Part shown: positions 10,076-18,834 of the stretch, one piece after another | Position numbering within the stretch: the stretch's first letter is position 1 | Layout of the letters: every line of letters starts with the position of its first letter | Assembly (NCBI GenBank): GCA_034434335.1 | Contig: DAOTZS010000133.1 | Span: 1 to 45,064, forward strand | Direction: 5' to 3' | DNA from: Anaerolineae bacterium | GTDB lineage: Bacteria; Chloroflexota; Anaerolineae; CG2-30-64-16 | DNA length: 45,064 nt | The notes under the pieces: model-generated | What the model saw: the letters and a program-made list of their open reading frames with translations, nothing else | Told to the model about the DNA's origin: nothing | Database searches by the model: none | Program-made: the position numbers and the translations under genes

Positions 10076-12112
10076 TCACCAGCCGGCCAGGGTGCCGAGC
10101 TGGTAAACCATGCTGCCCGCCGCCAGTGACAGCACCAGCAACAGGCCGATGCTCGCGAGCGCCCAGCGCCAGGAGCCGGTCTCCTGCTTGATAGTGACAG
10201 TAGTGGCCAGGCAAGGCACGAACAACATCACCACCACCAGAAAAGCCATACGAGCCGCAGGTGTCAACAGCTCCGACACCTGCTCGGCCAGTCCGGTAAC
10301 CCCTTCGCCCGTGCCATAGAGGATGCCGAGGGTCGCGATGGTGTTCTCTTTGGCGAAAAAGCTGGTCAGCAGCGCCACGATGATGCGCCAGTCACCCAAC
10401 CCCATCAGCCGGCCTGCTGGCTCGAGCCAGCGGCCCACGATGGCCAGGACGCTCTGATCCACCCCGCGGCCTGGCAGGGTCGAAAGCGCCCATACTGCCA
10501 CGGAAGCGATCAGGATCAGCGAGCCGGCCTTCCTGACAAAAGCCAGGGTATTGTTCCACACATAAAGACCTACTGTCCGGGTGTTGGGCATGTGATATAA
10601 CGGCAATTCCATGATAAAAGCTGTATGTTCTCCCTTGAAGGCCAGGTTATGGATGGCCGAGCCGACACCGGCCAATACCAGCAAGTTGGCGGCCACCAGA
10701 AGCCACGACACCACTGTAGCCTGGGCGCCGAAAAAGGCTGGAGCCAGGAAGGCGATAACAGCCATGCGCGCCGTACACGGCACGAGAGGGGCCAATAGCA
10801 CGGTGAGCAGCCGGCCGCGGCGCTCCTCAATAATGCGGGTGCCCAGGACCGCCGGCACATTGCAGCCGAACCCCAGGAAAAGGGGCAGAAACGACTTGCC
10901 ATGCAGCCCCATCAGGTGCATGAAGCGGTCCATCACGTAGGCGCCGCGGGCCAGGTAGCCAATATCTTCCAGCACGGCCAGCATGGCAAAGAAGACCAGC
11001 AGGATGGGCAGGAAAGCCAGCACGGTGCCCACGCCGTGGATCAACCCATCGGACACCAGGCCATACAGCCAGGCCGGCGCGCCGGCCAGGGCCCTCCCGG
11101 CCCAGGCGTCCAGGGCACCCAACACCTCGGAAGAGAGCCAGTCGGCCAGGGGGGTGGCCAGAGTATAGGTCAACCAGAATACAACCCCGAAAATCCCCAA
11201 CAACAGGACCAGCCCCCAGAACGGATGGGTGGCAATGCGGTCGAGGCGGTCGGTGCTGGTAATAATGCCCACCTTGGGCTGGGTGACCGCGGCCCGCACC
11301 ATACGGCTGATCCACTCGTAGCGGCCGCCGGCGATGTCCAGGTAGGCGTCCTCATGTTGCATCAGGATCTCATGCACGCGGGCCCAGGCCTCAGCGGGAA
11401 GCGCCTTTTCCATCAGAGCTGTGATCTCGCTATCCCCCTCCAGCAGCTTGAGGGCCACCCATTCTGCCGGGTAGTTGGCCGGCACATGGCCGGCGATCAG
11501 CTCCAGCATCTCGGCCAGCACCGGCTCATGCTCGGGCCGGATGACCGGCCGGCTGGGGTGCCAGGCGTGGGGAGCGGACGCCAGCTCAAGCGCCGCCTCT
11601 ACCAGCTCGCGCACCCCCTGATTGCGGGATGCCACCAGCGGCACGACCGGCAGCCCTAAGGCCGCCTCTAACACGTGCGGCTCCACCCGGATCCCCTGCT
11701 GGGCTGCCACATCCCCCATATTCAGACCGATAACCAGGGGCAGGTTGAGAGCCAGCAGTTCAGCGACCAGGTACAGGCTCCGTTCCAGGGCAGCCGCGTT
11801 GACGATGGCTACCACGACATCCGGCCTTTCGTGGATCAGGTAGTCGCGGGCAATACGCTCCTCTTCTGAATTCGCCGTCAGGCTGTAAGTGCCCGGCAGG
11901 TCCACCAGGTTGATGATAATCCCGTCGTGGCGATACGTGCCAACCTTCTGCTCAATCGTCTTGCCCGGCCAGTTGCCCACATGCTGATTGAGCCCCGTGA
12001 GCATGTTGAAAACCGTGCTCTTGCCCACATTGGGCTGGCCGGCCAGCGCTATGGTAAGCTGGCCAGGTTTTTGAATGGTGGTGCTCCCGGCGCTGTCGTG
12101 GCAATTGCTCAT
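10076..12112 (-). CDS. feoB: Ferrous iron transporter FeoB
   Basis: N-terminal G-domain (IALAGQPNVGKSTVFN, DLPGTYSL) followed by a polytopic permease. Start set to ATG 12112 (GGGAG RBS); ORF-track start 12148 is possible. Confidence 0.95.
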   Translation of the reverse strand: MSNCHDSAGSTTIQKPGQLTIALAGQPNVGKSTVFNMLTGLNQHVGNWPGKTIEQKVGTYRHDGIIINLVDLPGTYSLTANSEEERIARDYLIHERPDVVVAIVNAAALERSLYLVAELLALNLPLVIGLNMGDVAAQQGIRVEPHVLEAALGLPVVPLVASRNQGVRELVEAALELASAPHAWHPSRPVIRPEHEPVLAEMLELIAGHVPANYPAEWVALKLLEGDSEITALMEKALPAEAWARVHEILMQHEDAYLDIAGGRYEWISRMVRAAVTQPKVGIITSTDRLDRIATHPFWGLVLLLGIFGVVFWLTYTLATPLADWLSSEVLGALDAWAGRALAGAPAWLYGLVSDGLIHGVGTVLAFLPILLVFFAMLAVLEDIGYLARGAYVMDRFMHLMGLHGKSFLPLFLGFGCNVPAVLGTRIIEERRGRLLTVLLAPLVPCTARMAVIAFLAPAFFGAQATVVSWLLVAANLLVLAGVGSAIHNLAFKGEHTAFIMELPLYHMPNTRTVGLYVWNNTLAFVRKAGSLILIASVAVWALSTLPGRGVDQSVLAIVGRWLEPAGRLMGLGDWRIIVALLTSFFAKENTIATLGILYGTGEGVTGLAEQVSELLTPAARMAFLVVVMLFVPCLATTVTIKQETGSWRWALASIGLLLVLSLAAGSMVYQLGTLAGW

Positions 12113-12153
12113 CAGTCTTTCTCCCGTTGCCCCATGCAGAGCGGGCATAAGGC

Positions 12154-12417
12154 CTATTGGGCGCCGTCCAGGGGACGCACCAGCACCTTATCGGCCTCAG
12201 CCCGCCCCAGCGCGACCCGCACCCCCCGTACGGAGACAATCATCGGCCCATGGCCGTAGTTTTGGAGCACGGTAATCGGCGCTCCTACGGTGAACCCCAG
12301 GTTCGCCACACGGCTGCGAAAGCCACGCCCTCCCTGCAGGGAATGGACGATGGCGTGGCCGCCGGCCGGTACAGAGCTCAAGGTCTGTGGTGCTTCTGGC
12401 ATGTGGACTCTGCTCAT
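12154..12417 (-). CDS. feoA: FeoA family iron transport protein
   Basis: 87-aa SH3-like FeoA pattern (GFRSRVANLGFTVGAPITVLQN...PMIVSVRGVRVALGRAEADKVLV). Directly upstream of feoB. GGAGGGA RBS. Confidence 0.9.
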   Translation of the reverse strand: MSRVHMPEAPQTLSSVPAGGHAIVHSLQGGRGFRSRVANLGFTVGAPITVLQNYGHGPMIVSVRGVRVALGRAEADKVLVRPLDGAQ

Positions 12418-12430
12418 GGCTCCCTCCGTT

Positions 12431-12622
12431 GTAACTATTCAGGCGGTGACTGGAAGTCACCCTTTTGGGCCTGCGGCCAGTGGTCGGCCTTCGCCGACCT
12501 CTCTGGTGATGCACAAATAAAGGGTGACGGCCTCCGCCGACACCCCTCGGGCCGAGCCCTTCGGGGCGAGGCCTGGCACAAAGTGCCCAGGGAGGGCGAT
12601 TTCAATCGGCCTGAATAGTTAC
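12431..12622 (-). mobile_element. MITE-like structured element, copy 1 (192 bp, 14-bp TIR GTAACTATTCAGGC)
   Basis: Its reverse complement aligns end to end with 36484..36701. Terminal inverted repeats GTAACTATTCAGGC / GCCTGAATAGTTAC. No ORF of its own. Fills the fur-feoA spacer. Confidence 0.85.
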
Positions 12623-13078
12623 CCTCCCCTGTGCCTTCCGGTCACCACGGCAACTCTCGCACCACCCATAGAAGGTGAGCGAGGCGCGCTCGATGACGAC
12701 CTGGTGCTGTTGACAGAATTGTAATCTGATCCTCTCCACCTCCGGCGATTCGAACTCGATCACCTGGCCGCAACCGACACAGACGAAATGGAAATGCTCA
12801 CCTCGCGGCGAGGGTTCAAAGCGCTCGCTGCGGTCGCCCGGGCCGGCTCTCAACTGTCGCGGCCGTACCAATCCCGCATCTGCCAACCAGCTCAGAGTGC
12901 GGTAGACTGTGGAAGGATTGATGGTCGGCACCCGTTGGCGTGCTGCATTGTAGACTTGTTCCGCGGTAGGATGCCCACCCAGCGCATCCAATGTCTCCAG
13001 GATCAGCCGGCGCTGGGCTGTCATCCGCCCGCCGTTGGCCCGTAACGCCGCGGTGGCCCGAGATAACAGGCTGCCCAT
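12602..13078 (-). CDS. fur: Fur-family transcriptional regulator; last 6 codons and the stop lie inside a repeat element
   Basis: RMTAQRRLILETL, PSTVYRTLSWLADAGLV, HFHFVCVGCG and WCESC motifs of Fur-family proteins. Metal specificity (Fur vs Zur or PerR) is not determinable from sequence. Confidence 0.9.
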   Translation of the reverse strand: MGSLLSRATAALRANGGRMTAQRRLILETLDALGGHPTAEQVYNAARQRVPTINPSTVYRTLSWLADAGLVRPRQLRAGPGDRSERFEPSPRGEHFHFVCVGCGQVIEFESPEVERIRLQFCQQHQVVIERASLTFYGWCESCRGDRKAQGRVTIQAD

Positions 13079-13095
13079 ATGCCCCCTTTCAATGG

Positions 13096-13120
13096 CTTAT
13101 TGCAAGTGACTTGCAGTAAG
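13096..13120. promoter_or_regulatory. 25-bp near-perfect palindrome immediately upstream of fur (candidate operator)
   Basis: CTTATTGCAAGT-G-ACTTGCAGTAAG lies 18-42 nt upstream of the fur ATG (13078), so it is expected to overlap the fur promoter. Confidence 0.4.
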
Positions 13121-13292
13121 CATACGCCGACGAAGCCGCGCTGTCTATGATGGAGATCACATGGGTTGGCCGAGAAGCGCGGGAAGGGGGTATCCTTCTT
13201 GGTCTGGCCAGGAGTCATCGGAGGAAGGCAGTCTGTGGAGAAGGGGGATTATAGGGGGGCCCAAGGGGTGGTTCGGAGGAGACTCCTCGACC

Positions 13293-13889
13293 CTACCCAC
13301 CATTCCGGCCGCGCATCCCTGGCCATCGGTAGTACAATTCATTCTCGATCCCGATGCGTGCCAGCATCCGGCCGACAGTGCCATTGATGATGTCGTCCAG
13401 GGTGCGTGGCCGGCCATAGAAGGCCGGTACCGGTGGGAAGATGATGCATCCGATGCGCGCAGCCCGGGCCATGAGCTTCAGATGGCCCAGATGCAAGGGG
13501 GTTTCGCGCACCGCCAGCAACACCGGCCGGCCCTCTTTGAGTTGCACATCCGCGGCCCGGGCCAGCAGGTCATCGGCGAAGGAGTGGGCGATGGCCGAGA
13601 GGGTCTTGATGCTGCAGGGGGCCACGATCATGCCGGCAGCCGGAAAGGAGCCGCTGGCAATTGCCGCCCCGATGTCGGCCGGCCGATAGGCCACATCGGC
13701 CAGGGCCTCGACCTCGTCGGGGGACCAGTCGGTTTCCTGGGTGATTGTCATGCGCGCGGCGCGGGTCAACACCAGGTGGGTCTCAACGTGAGGCAGCTCG
13801 CGCAACACCTGCAACAGGCGAATGCCGTAGACCTGCCCCGATGCCCCCGACATGCCGACAATAATGCGCTTCAGTGGGGCGCTCTCCAT
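13293..13889 (-). CDS. ubiX: Flavin prenyltransferase UbiX
   Basis: IIVGMSGASG...APCSIKTLSAIAHSFADDLLARAADVQLKEGRPVLL..RETPL matches the UbiX/Pad1 family. Confidence 0.92.
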   Translation of the reverse strand: MESAPLKRIIVGMSGASGQVYGIRLLQVLRELPHVETHLVLTRAARMTITQETDWSPDEVEALADVAYRPADIGAAIASGSFPAAGMIVAPCSIKTLSAIAHSFADDLLARAADVQLKEGRPVLLAVRETPLHLGHLKLMARAARIGCIIFPPVPAFYGRPRTLDDIINGTVGRMLARIGIENELYYRWPGMRGRNGG

Positions 13890-13904
13890 ACTCTTTCCAG
13901 ATGG

Positions 13905-13939
13905 CAGGTGACCGGCACCTGCCGGGTGCCGGTCACCTG
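13905..13939. repeat. REP-like hairpin downstream of the creatininase-family gene
   Basis: CAGGTGACCGGCACC-TGCCG-GGTGCCGGTCACCTG. Sister copy at 14768..14799. Confidence 0.8.
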
Positions 13940-13968
13940 AAGTTGAGAAACTCTGCTTTGGGCAGCCC

Positions 13969-14742
13969 TCATCCCCCCTTGACCTCGGGCGAGCGATAGT
14001 CCCAGTCGTGGCGGTCGAGCTCGGTGAGCAATTGGACCACTGTGTCCACCAACACCTCTTTCATCTTCAGGCCCTTTTCCCGCGAGCCTTTGGTGGGGTC
14101 ACCGGAGGCGCCGGTGTTGGTCAGCTCGCTGAAGCGCCACTTGACATCCACATAGGGGGGCAGATTGGGCACCACGCCGGCCGCCTTCGCCGGGTCGCAT
14201 AGTTCCGGGAACAGGGCCAGGGAGATGGACATCTCCCCTTCGCCACCATGGCCCAGCCCGTTCCACACTTCAAAGAAACCTGGCGGCACCAGTTCGCCCA
14301 CCAGCCGCCACCAGGCATCGAGGGAGACAATCTTGAAGTCGGGGTGAGCCACCTTGGCTGTGCGGGCTGCAATCTCGATCGGCGCGATGTTGCCGTCGTG
14401 GCCGTTCATGATAAACACCTTACGGATCCCTTCCCGATAGACCGACTCCAGGATGTCTCGGAGCAGAGCGGTCTCGGTCTCGAATTGCAGCGACACAGTG
14501 AAGGGGAATTCTTTGTAGTGCTCGCTGACAACGTAGTTGACCGGCGGCAGCACGGCTGTCTTGGGGACACGCTGGGCGATTTCCAGTGCGATCAGGTAAG
14601 CGGTCAGCGCGTCGGTGCCGAACGGCAGGTGGGGCCCATGGCTCTCCAGCGAACCCAGCGGCAGGATGACCTTCTCGAAGGGCGCGGCCTGGTAGTCGGC
14701 CGCGGTGAGGTGCTGGATTTCGAGCGGGTTTTTGTTCATCAA
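13969..14742 (-). CDS. Creatininase/MftE/ArfB-family amidohydrolase
   Basis: LGSLESHGPHLPFGTD and IMNGHDGN motifs typical of the creatininase fold. Specific substrate unknown. Confidence 0.8.
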   Translation of the reverse strand: MMNKNPLEIQHLTAADYQAAPFEKVILPLGSLESHGPHLPFGTDALTAYLIALEIAQRVPKTAVLPPVNYVVSEHYKEFPFTVSLQFETETALLRDILESVYREGIRKVFIMNGHDGNIAPIEIAARTAKVAHPDFKIVSLDAWWRLVGELVPPGFFEVWNGLGHGGEGEMSISLALFPELCDPAKAAGVVPNLPPYVDVKWRFSELTNTGASGDPTKGSREKGLKMKEVLVDTVVQLLTELDRHDWDYRSPEVKGG

Positions 14743-14767
14743 TGAAGCTCCTTTGGTGCAGTTTGAT

Positions 14768-14799
14768 AGGTGGCCGGCACCTCACGGTGCCGGCCACCT
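14768..14799. repeat. REP-like hairpin downstream of the liv substrate-binding gene
   Basis: AGGTGGCCGGCACC-TCAC-GGTGCCGGCCACCT. Same stem family as 13905..13939, with a compensatory A:T to G:C change. Confidence 0.8.
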
Positions 14800-14808
14800 G
14801 TGAGGCGA

Positions 14809-16014
14809 TCAAGGCGCTGGCACCTTCTGGGGCACCACTTCGGCAGCCAGGGTGAACTTACCATCCTTGACCAGGATAACGGTCACCCCTTTCTGCGGGA
14901 TGCGGCTGCCCGGCTGGAAGGTAATGGTGCCAGTCACGCCTGGCAGGTCCTTCGTCTGAGACAGGGCCTCACGGATCGCCTTGGGGTCATCGGAGCCGGC
15001 GCGCCGGATGGCATCGGCCAGCAGCTTAACTGTGTCGTAGCCCAGGCCGGCAAAGGCGTTCTCAGGCGGGGTGTTGTACTCGGCCTGGTAGGCGGCGATG
15101 AACTTCTTAACCGCCTCGGTGCCCAGCTCCGGATCCATTAGCGAGTGGGTGGTGAAGTAGGTGTTATCCGCCCCCTTGCCAGCAATTTGCACCAACAGTG
15201 GCGTGTCATAGCCATCACCACCTACGATTGGTTTGTCAAGGCCCGCGTCGCGGAACTGCTTGACAATTGTGCCGACGTCATCCGGGCCGGAGGAGATGAA
15301 GAGGATGTCAGGGATGGTCGCCAGCCCCTTGAGCTTGGTGATCTGGGCCGAGAAGTCCTTATCCCCAGTCTGGTAGGTGTCTTCCAGGACGATCTCGCCG
15401 CCCAGCTCGGTGAAGCGCTCCTTGAAATACTTGCCCAGGAGCAGGGTATACTCCATGCCTTTGTCGATCAGCAAGTAGGCGGTCTTGGCCTGCAGGGTGT
15501 TGTAGGCGTACTCAGCGCCGGCAGCTGCCTGTACGTTGTCGCCAAAGCAGGCCATGAACAGGTAATCAGGCACCTGCTCCGGCAGCTTGGGCGAGGTGGC
15601 GCCGGAGGTGACGAAGACGATGCCGGCTTTGGCGGCGATGGGCGCGGCAGCCAGGGTCATGTCAGTATCGCTGAAGCCCATCATTGCCACAACCTTATCG
15701 GACTCGACCAACTGGGTGGCGGCATTACCGATGGTAGCGGCGTCGGTCTTGCCGTCATACAAGACCAGTTCGAGCTGGCGGCCCAAGACCCCGCCCGCGG
15801 CGTTGATCTCTTTAGCTGCCAGCTTGGCGCCATTGGCCGATGGCGCATCGAGGGAGGCCTGGGCGCCGGTCAGGTTGTAGATAACACCGATCTTGATCGG
15901 TGCTGCAGGGGCAGCAGTAGGCTGGGCTGGCGCAGGGGCCGGCGTTACGGGCATAACACAGGCACTCGCCAGCAGCATCACAACGACCAACATGGAGCCA
16001 AGATAGGTTTTCAT
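14809..16014 (-). CDS. Branched-chain amino acid ABC transporter substrate-binding protein (LivJ/K-like), lipoprotein-type signal
   Basis: Signal sequence with LLASAC. Type I periplasmic binding fold pattern (IKIGVIYNLTGAQASL...). Last gene of the liv-type cluster. Confidence 0.88.
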   Translation of the reverse strand: MKTYLGSMLVVVMLLASACVMPVTPAPAPAQPTAAPAAPIKIGVIYNLTGAQASLDAPSANGAKLAAKEINAAGGVLGRQLELVLYDGKTDAATIGNAATQLVESDKVVAMMGFSDTDMTLAAAPIAAKAGIVFVTSGATSPKLPEQVPDYLFMACFGDNVQAAAGAEYAYNTLQAKTAYLLIDKGMEYTLLLGKYFKERFTELGGEIVLEDTYQTGDKDFSAQITKLKGLATIPDILFISSGPDDVGTIVKQFRDAGLDKPIVGGDGYDTPLLVQIAGKGADNTYFTTHSLMDPELGTEAVKKFIAAYQAEYNTPPENAFAGLGYDTVKLLADAIRRAGSDDPKAIREALSQTKDLPGVTGTITFQPGSRIPQKGVTVILVKDGKFTLAAEVVPQKVPAP

Positions 16015-16107
16015 GGTATGTCCCTCCTTCTGGTAAAGTGATGAAGTAACCGATAACGCATGGCAGAGGACAAGACGACCACAGTAAAGTTGTTGCTAAT
16101 TCTCCCT

Positions 16108-17190
16108 CTAACTCACCTCCCTTCGCCGTTTGATAAACAGCCGGCCGAGGTTCAGCTCGCGGTCCCCCAGCAGGCCCTTGGGCCAGAAGATGATCACCAG
16201 CACAAAGATCACAGCCATCAGGATCTGGCTGGCACCATACACGGGCGGGATATGAATCAGGCCCAGGTTCATCCCGCGCTCGGCATTGCGCAAGGCTTCT
16301 GAGAGCAGAGTGATGATCGCTGTGCCAATTATAGAGCCGCTCACGGAGCCCATGCCACCAACAACCAGCATGGTGATCACGCTGAAGGTCTGGGCGAAGT
16401 AGAACGCCTTAGGAGAGAAGGAGGTGATGAAGTGAGCCCACAACGATCCGGCCACGGCGGTAAAGAAAGCACTGATACAGAACGCCAGCAGGCGGGCGCG
16501 CGTCACATTGATGCCGAGAGCTTGCGCGGCGATTTCGTTGTCGCGAGCGGCGATCATCTGCCGGCCATAGGCAGAGCGAGCCAGCCGGCTCACCACGTAT
16601 ACCGTCAGGGCCACCCAGCCCCAGACCCACCATAGGGTTGTATAAGGGGGGACACCGGAAAAGGTGCGCGCGCCGCGCGTCATGCGGTCCCAGTTGATCA
16701 GAATCACCTGGACAATCACCAGGAAACCCATCGTAGCTACGGAAACATAGGGTCCGCTGAGCCGCATAAGCGAGAGGCCAACCAGGAAGGCAATGAGTAA
16801 CGCCACCACCCCCCCAATCAACGTGGCCGGCAAGAAGGGCAACTCCACCCTGGCCAGCCAGGATGGCAGATCGGGCAGGTTGACCTGCTTCAGCGAGATA
16901 GGCAACGTCAGGATAGCTGCTGTGTAGGCACCGATAGCCATAAACCCGATATGGCCCAACGAGAACACCCCGGTAAACCCGTTGGAAAGGTTCAGACTTA
17001 CCACCAGGATAATACTGATGCCCAGGCCAATGACGACACGCTGGATATAGGCGCTGGCCACCAATTCGGTTGCCACCAGACCCCCGATTACCAGGGCTAT
17101 GAGGACCAGGGCTGAGCCCCAGCTTGCGAGGCGGGAAGCCTGCCCGGCCTGTTCTTTTGCTGCCATTCGCCCCTCTACTTCTGTTTTCAT
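16108..17190 (-). CDS. livM: Branched-chain amino acid ABC transporter permease (LivM-like)
   Basis: Polytopic permease of the LivM type. ATG 17190 has GGAGG upstream. TTG 17214, overlapping the livH stop, is an alternative start. Confidence 0.88.
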   Translation of the reverse strand: MKTEVEGRMAAKEQAGQASRLASWGSALVLIALVIGGLVATELVASAYIQRVVIGLGISIILVVSLNLSNGFTGVFSLGHIGFMAIGAYTAAILTLPISLKQVNLPDLPSWLARVELPFLPATLIGGVVALLIAFLVGLSLMRLSGPYVSVATMGFLVIVQVILINWDRMTRGARTFSGVPPYTTLWWVWGWVALTVYVVSRLARSAYGRQMIAARDNEIAAQALGINVTRARLLAFCISAFFTAVAGSLWAHFITSFSPKAFYFAQTFSVITMLVVGGMGSVSGSIIGTAIITLLSEALRNAERGMNLGLIHIPPVYGASQILMAVIFVLVIIFWPKGLLGDRELNLGRLFIKRRREVS

Positions 17191-17210
17191 AGCGTCCGTG
17201 TCGCCTCCGC

Positions 17211-18107
17211 TCAAACCTTTTCCCTTTCCGTTGTGCCCAAGATACCGTTCGGCCGGAACAGGAGCAAGATGATCAGCGCCACAAAGACGAATGCGTCGCG
17301 AAATGGGGTCAGCGCAGGGGGCAGCAACCCCTGCAGCAGGATTTCCAGGGTGCCCAGCACATAGCCACCCAGTACCGCGCCCGGCAGGCTACCCAGGCCG
17401 CCGATCACGGAAGCCACGAACGCTTTAAGCACCGGATAAAACCCCATCAGGGGGTCCACCTTACCCACGCGCGCGCTCCACAGCAGCCCCACCACCCCGG
17501 CTAACATAGAGCCGATGGCAAAGGCATAGGCAATCACGCGATTGACATTTACCCCCATCAGCCGGGCCGCCAACAAATCCTGTGCGGCTGCCCGCATCGC
17601 GATACCGGCCATAGTGCGGGTGACGAAAAGGGTCAAGAGTACCAGCAGAATGCCGGCCACAACGATGGCGATCAGGTCCAGGCTGGCGATGCGCAGCACC
17701 CCGAACTCCAGGGCCCGGGTGAGGAAAGGAGGGGCTGGAAATGGCCGCGAAGAGGGGCTGAAGAGCAAGATCGCCGCATTTTCCAGAAAGATGGTCACGG
17801 CAAAGGAGGTCAGCAGCATAGATACGTCCGGCGCGCCGCGGATGGGCCGGTAGGCCACGCGCTCCATGATCAGCCCGGCCAGAGTGCTGGCAGCGATGCC
17901 GGCCAGGGCTGCCGCCCCAAATGGCAGGCCGGCTACCAACAGGAGCAGCGCCGTATAGCTGCCCACCATAATGAGGTCGCCATGGGCAAAGTTGATCAGG
18001 CGCAGGATGCCAAACACCATGGCCAGCCCGATCGCCATCAGAGCGTACAGGCTGCCAATACTGACGGCGTTGATGAGTTGCTGAAGGAGATAATAAAAGG
18101 TCGTCAT
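17211..18107 (-). CDS. livH: Branched-chain amino acid ABC transporter permease (LivH-like)
   Basis: MTTFYYLLQQLINAVSIGSLYALMAIGLAMVFG is a typical LivH N-terminus. Start set to ATG 18107. The upstream 54 codons of the ORF overlap livF and look non-coding. Confidence 0.9.
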   Translation of the reverse strand: MTTFYYLLQQLINAVSIGSLYALMAIGLAMVFGILRLINFAHGDLIMVGSYTALLLLVAGLPFGAAALAGIAASTLAGLIMERVAYRPIRGAPDVSMLLTSFAVTIFLENAAILLFSPSSRPFPAPPFLTRALEFGVLRIASLDLIAIVVAGILLVLLTLFVTRTMAGIAMRAAAQDLLAARLMGVNVNRVIAYAFAIGSMLAGVVGLLWSARVGKVDPLMGFYPVLKAFVASVIGGLGSLPGAVLGGYVLGTLEILLQGLLPPALTPFRDAFVFVALIILLLFRPNGILGTTEREKV

Positions 18108-18117
18108 CGGTGTTCTT

Positions 18118-18834
18118 TCAGGAACCGGTTGTCCCACCGAGATAAAAGCGTTCGACCTCGGGATTGGCGCTGAGTTCAGCGACCGTGCCGCTGAGCACCA
18201 CCCGACCGGTTTCCAGGAGATAGGCTCGATCGGCCACCTGCAATGCCTGGCGCGCGTTCTGCTCGACAAGCAGGATCGTTACCCCTTGGGCATGCAACTG
18301 CTGGATCACATCAAAGATTGCCTGCACCACTAGCGGAGCCAGCCCCAAGGAGGGTTCGTCCAACATCAGCAGGCGTGGCCGGGCCATTAGTGCCCGGCCA
18401 ATGGCAAGCATCTGCTGCTCTCCGCCGCTCAACGTGGCGCCACTCTGATGGAGCCGCTGTTTGAGGATGGGGAAAAGGGTAAAGACCCATTCCAGATCCC
18501 GTTGCACGCCCTGTGGATCGCGGCGACGCACCGCGCCCATGCGCAAGTTCTCCCACACCGTTAGCCCGCCAAAGATGCGCCTTCCTTCCGGGCATTGAAT
18601 GGCCCCCAGGCGCACGATCTCGTCAGCGCTTATCTTCGTCAGATCGCGGCCTTCATAGGTGATCTGGCCCCGCCGCGGCCGCAAGATCCCCGAGATGGTC
18701 ATCAGGGTAGTGGACTTGCCGGCACCATTGGCGCCCAACAGGGCAACCAATTCCCCTGGTTGCACTTCAAGGGTAATCCCCTTCAGGGCATGCACCTGGC
18801 CATAATAGACATGGACATCCTCAAGCTTCAGCAT
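18118..18834 (-). CDS. livF: Branched-chain amino acid ABC transporter ATP-binding protein (LivF-like)
   Basis: Walker A GANGAGKST, ABC signature LSGGEQQ, Walker B LLMLDEPS. Confidence 0.93.
   Translation of the reverse strand: MLKLEDVHVYYGQVHALKGITLEVQPGELVALLGANGAGKSTTLMTISGILRPRRGQITYEGRDLTKISADEIVRLGAIQCPEGRRIFGGLTVWENLRMGAVRRRDPQGVQRDLEWVFTLFPILKQRLHQSGATLSGGEQQMLAIGRALMARPRLLMLDEPSLGLAPLVVQAIFDVIQQLHAQGVTILLVEQNARQALQVADRAYLLETGRVVLSGTVAELSANPEVERFYLGGTTGS

Noticed and set aside
12431-12622. Hammerhead or other small self-cleaving ribozyme within the MITE-like element (GAAA and CUGA strings present)
   Set aside because: The core CUGAUGA box is absent (the element has CUGAAUAG). The three-stem arrangement around a cleavage site cannot be drawn.
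12524-12724. 66-aa ORF (MTASADTPRAEPFGARPG...) with a near-identical paralog at 36355..36582
   Set aside because: The similarity exists only because both ORFs read through the two copies of the MITE-like repeat. There is no RBS, and the frames exit into unrelated sequence.
13248-13253. Perfect TATAAT (minus strand) as the fur promoter -10
   Set aside because: There is no acceptable -35 (CCGAAC at 17 nt). The site lies ~170 nt upstream of fur, close to the ubiX 3' end. It was left uncalled.
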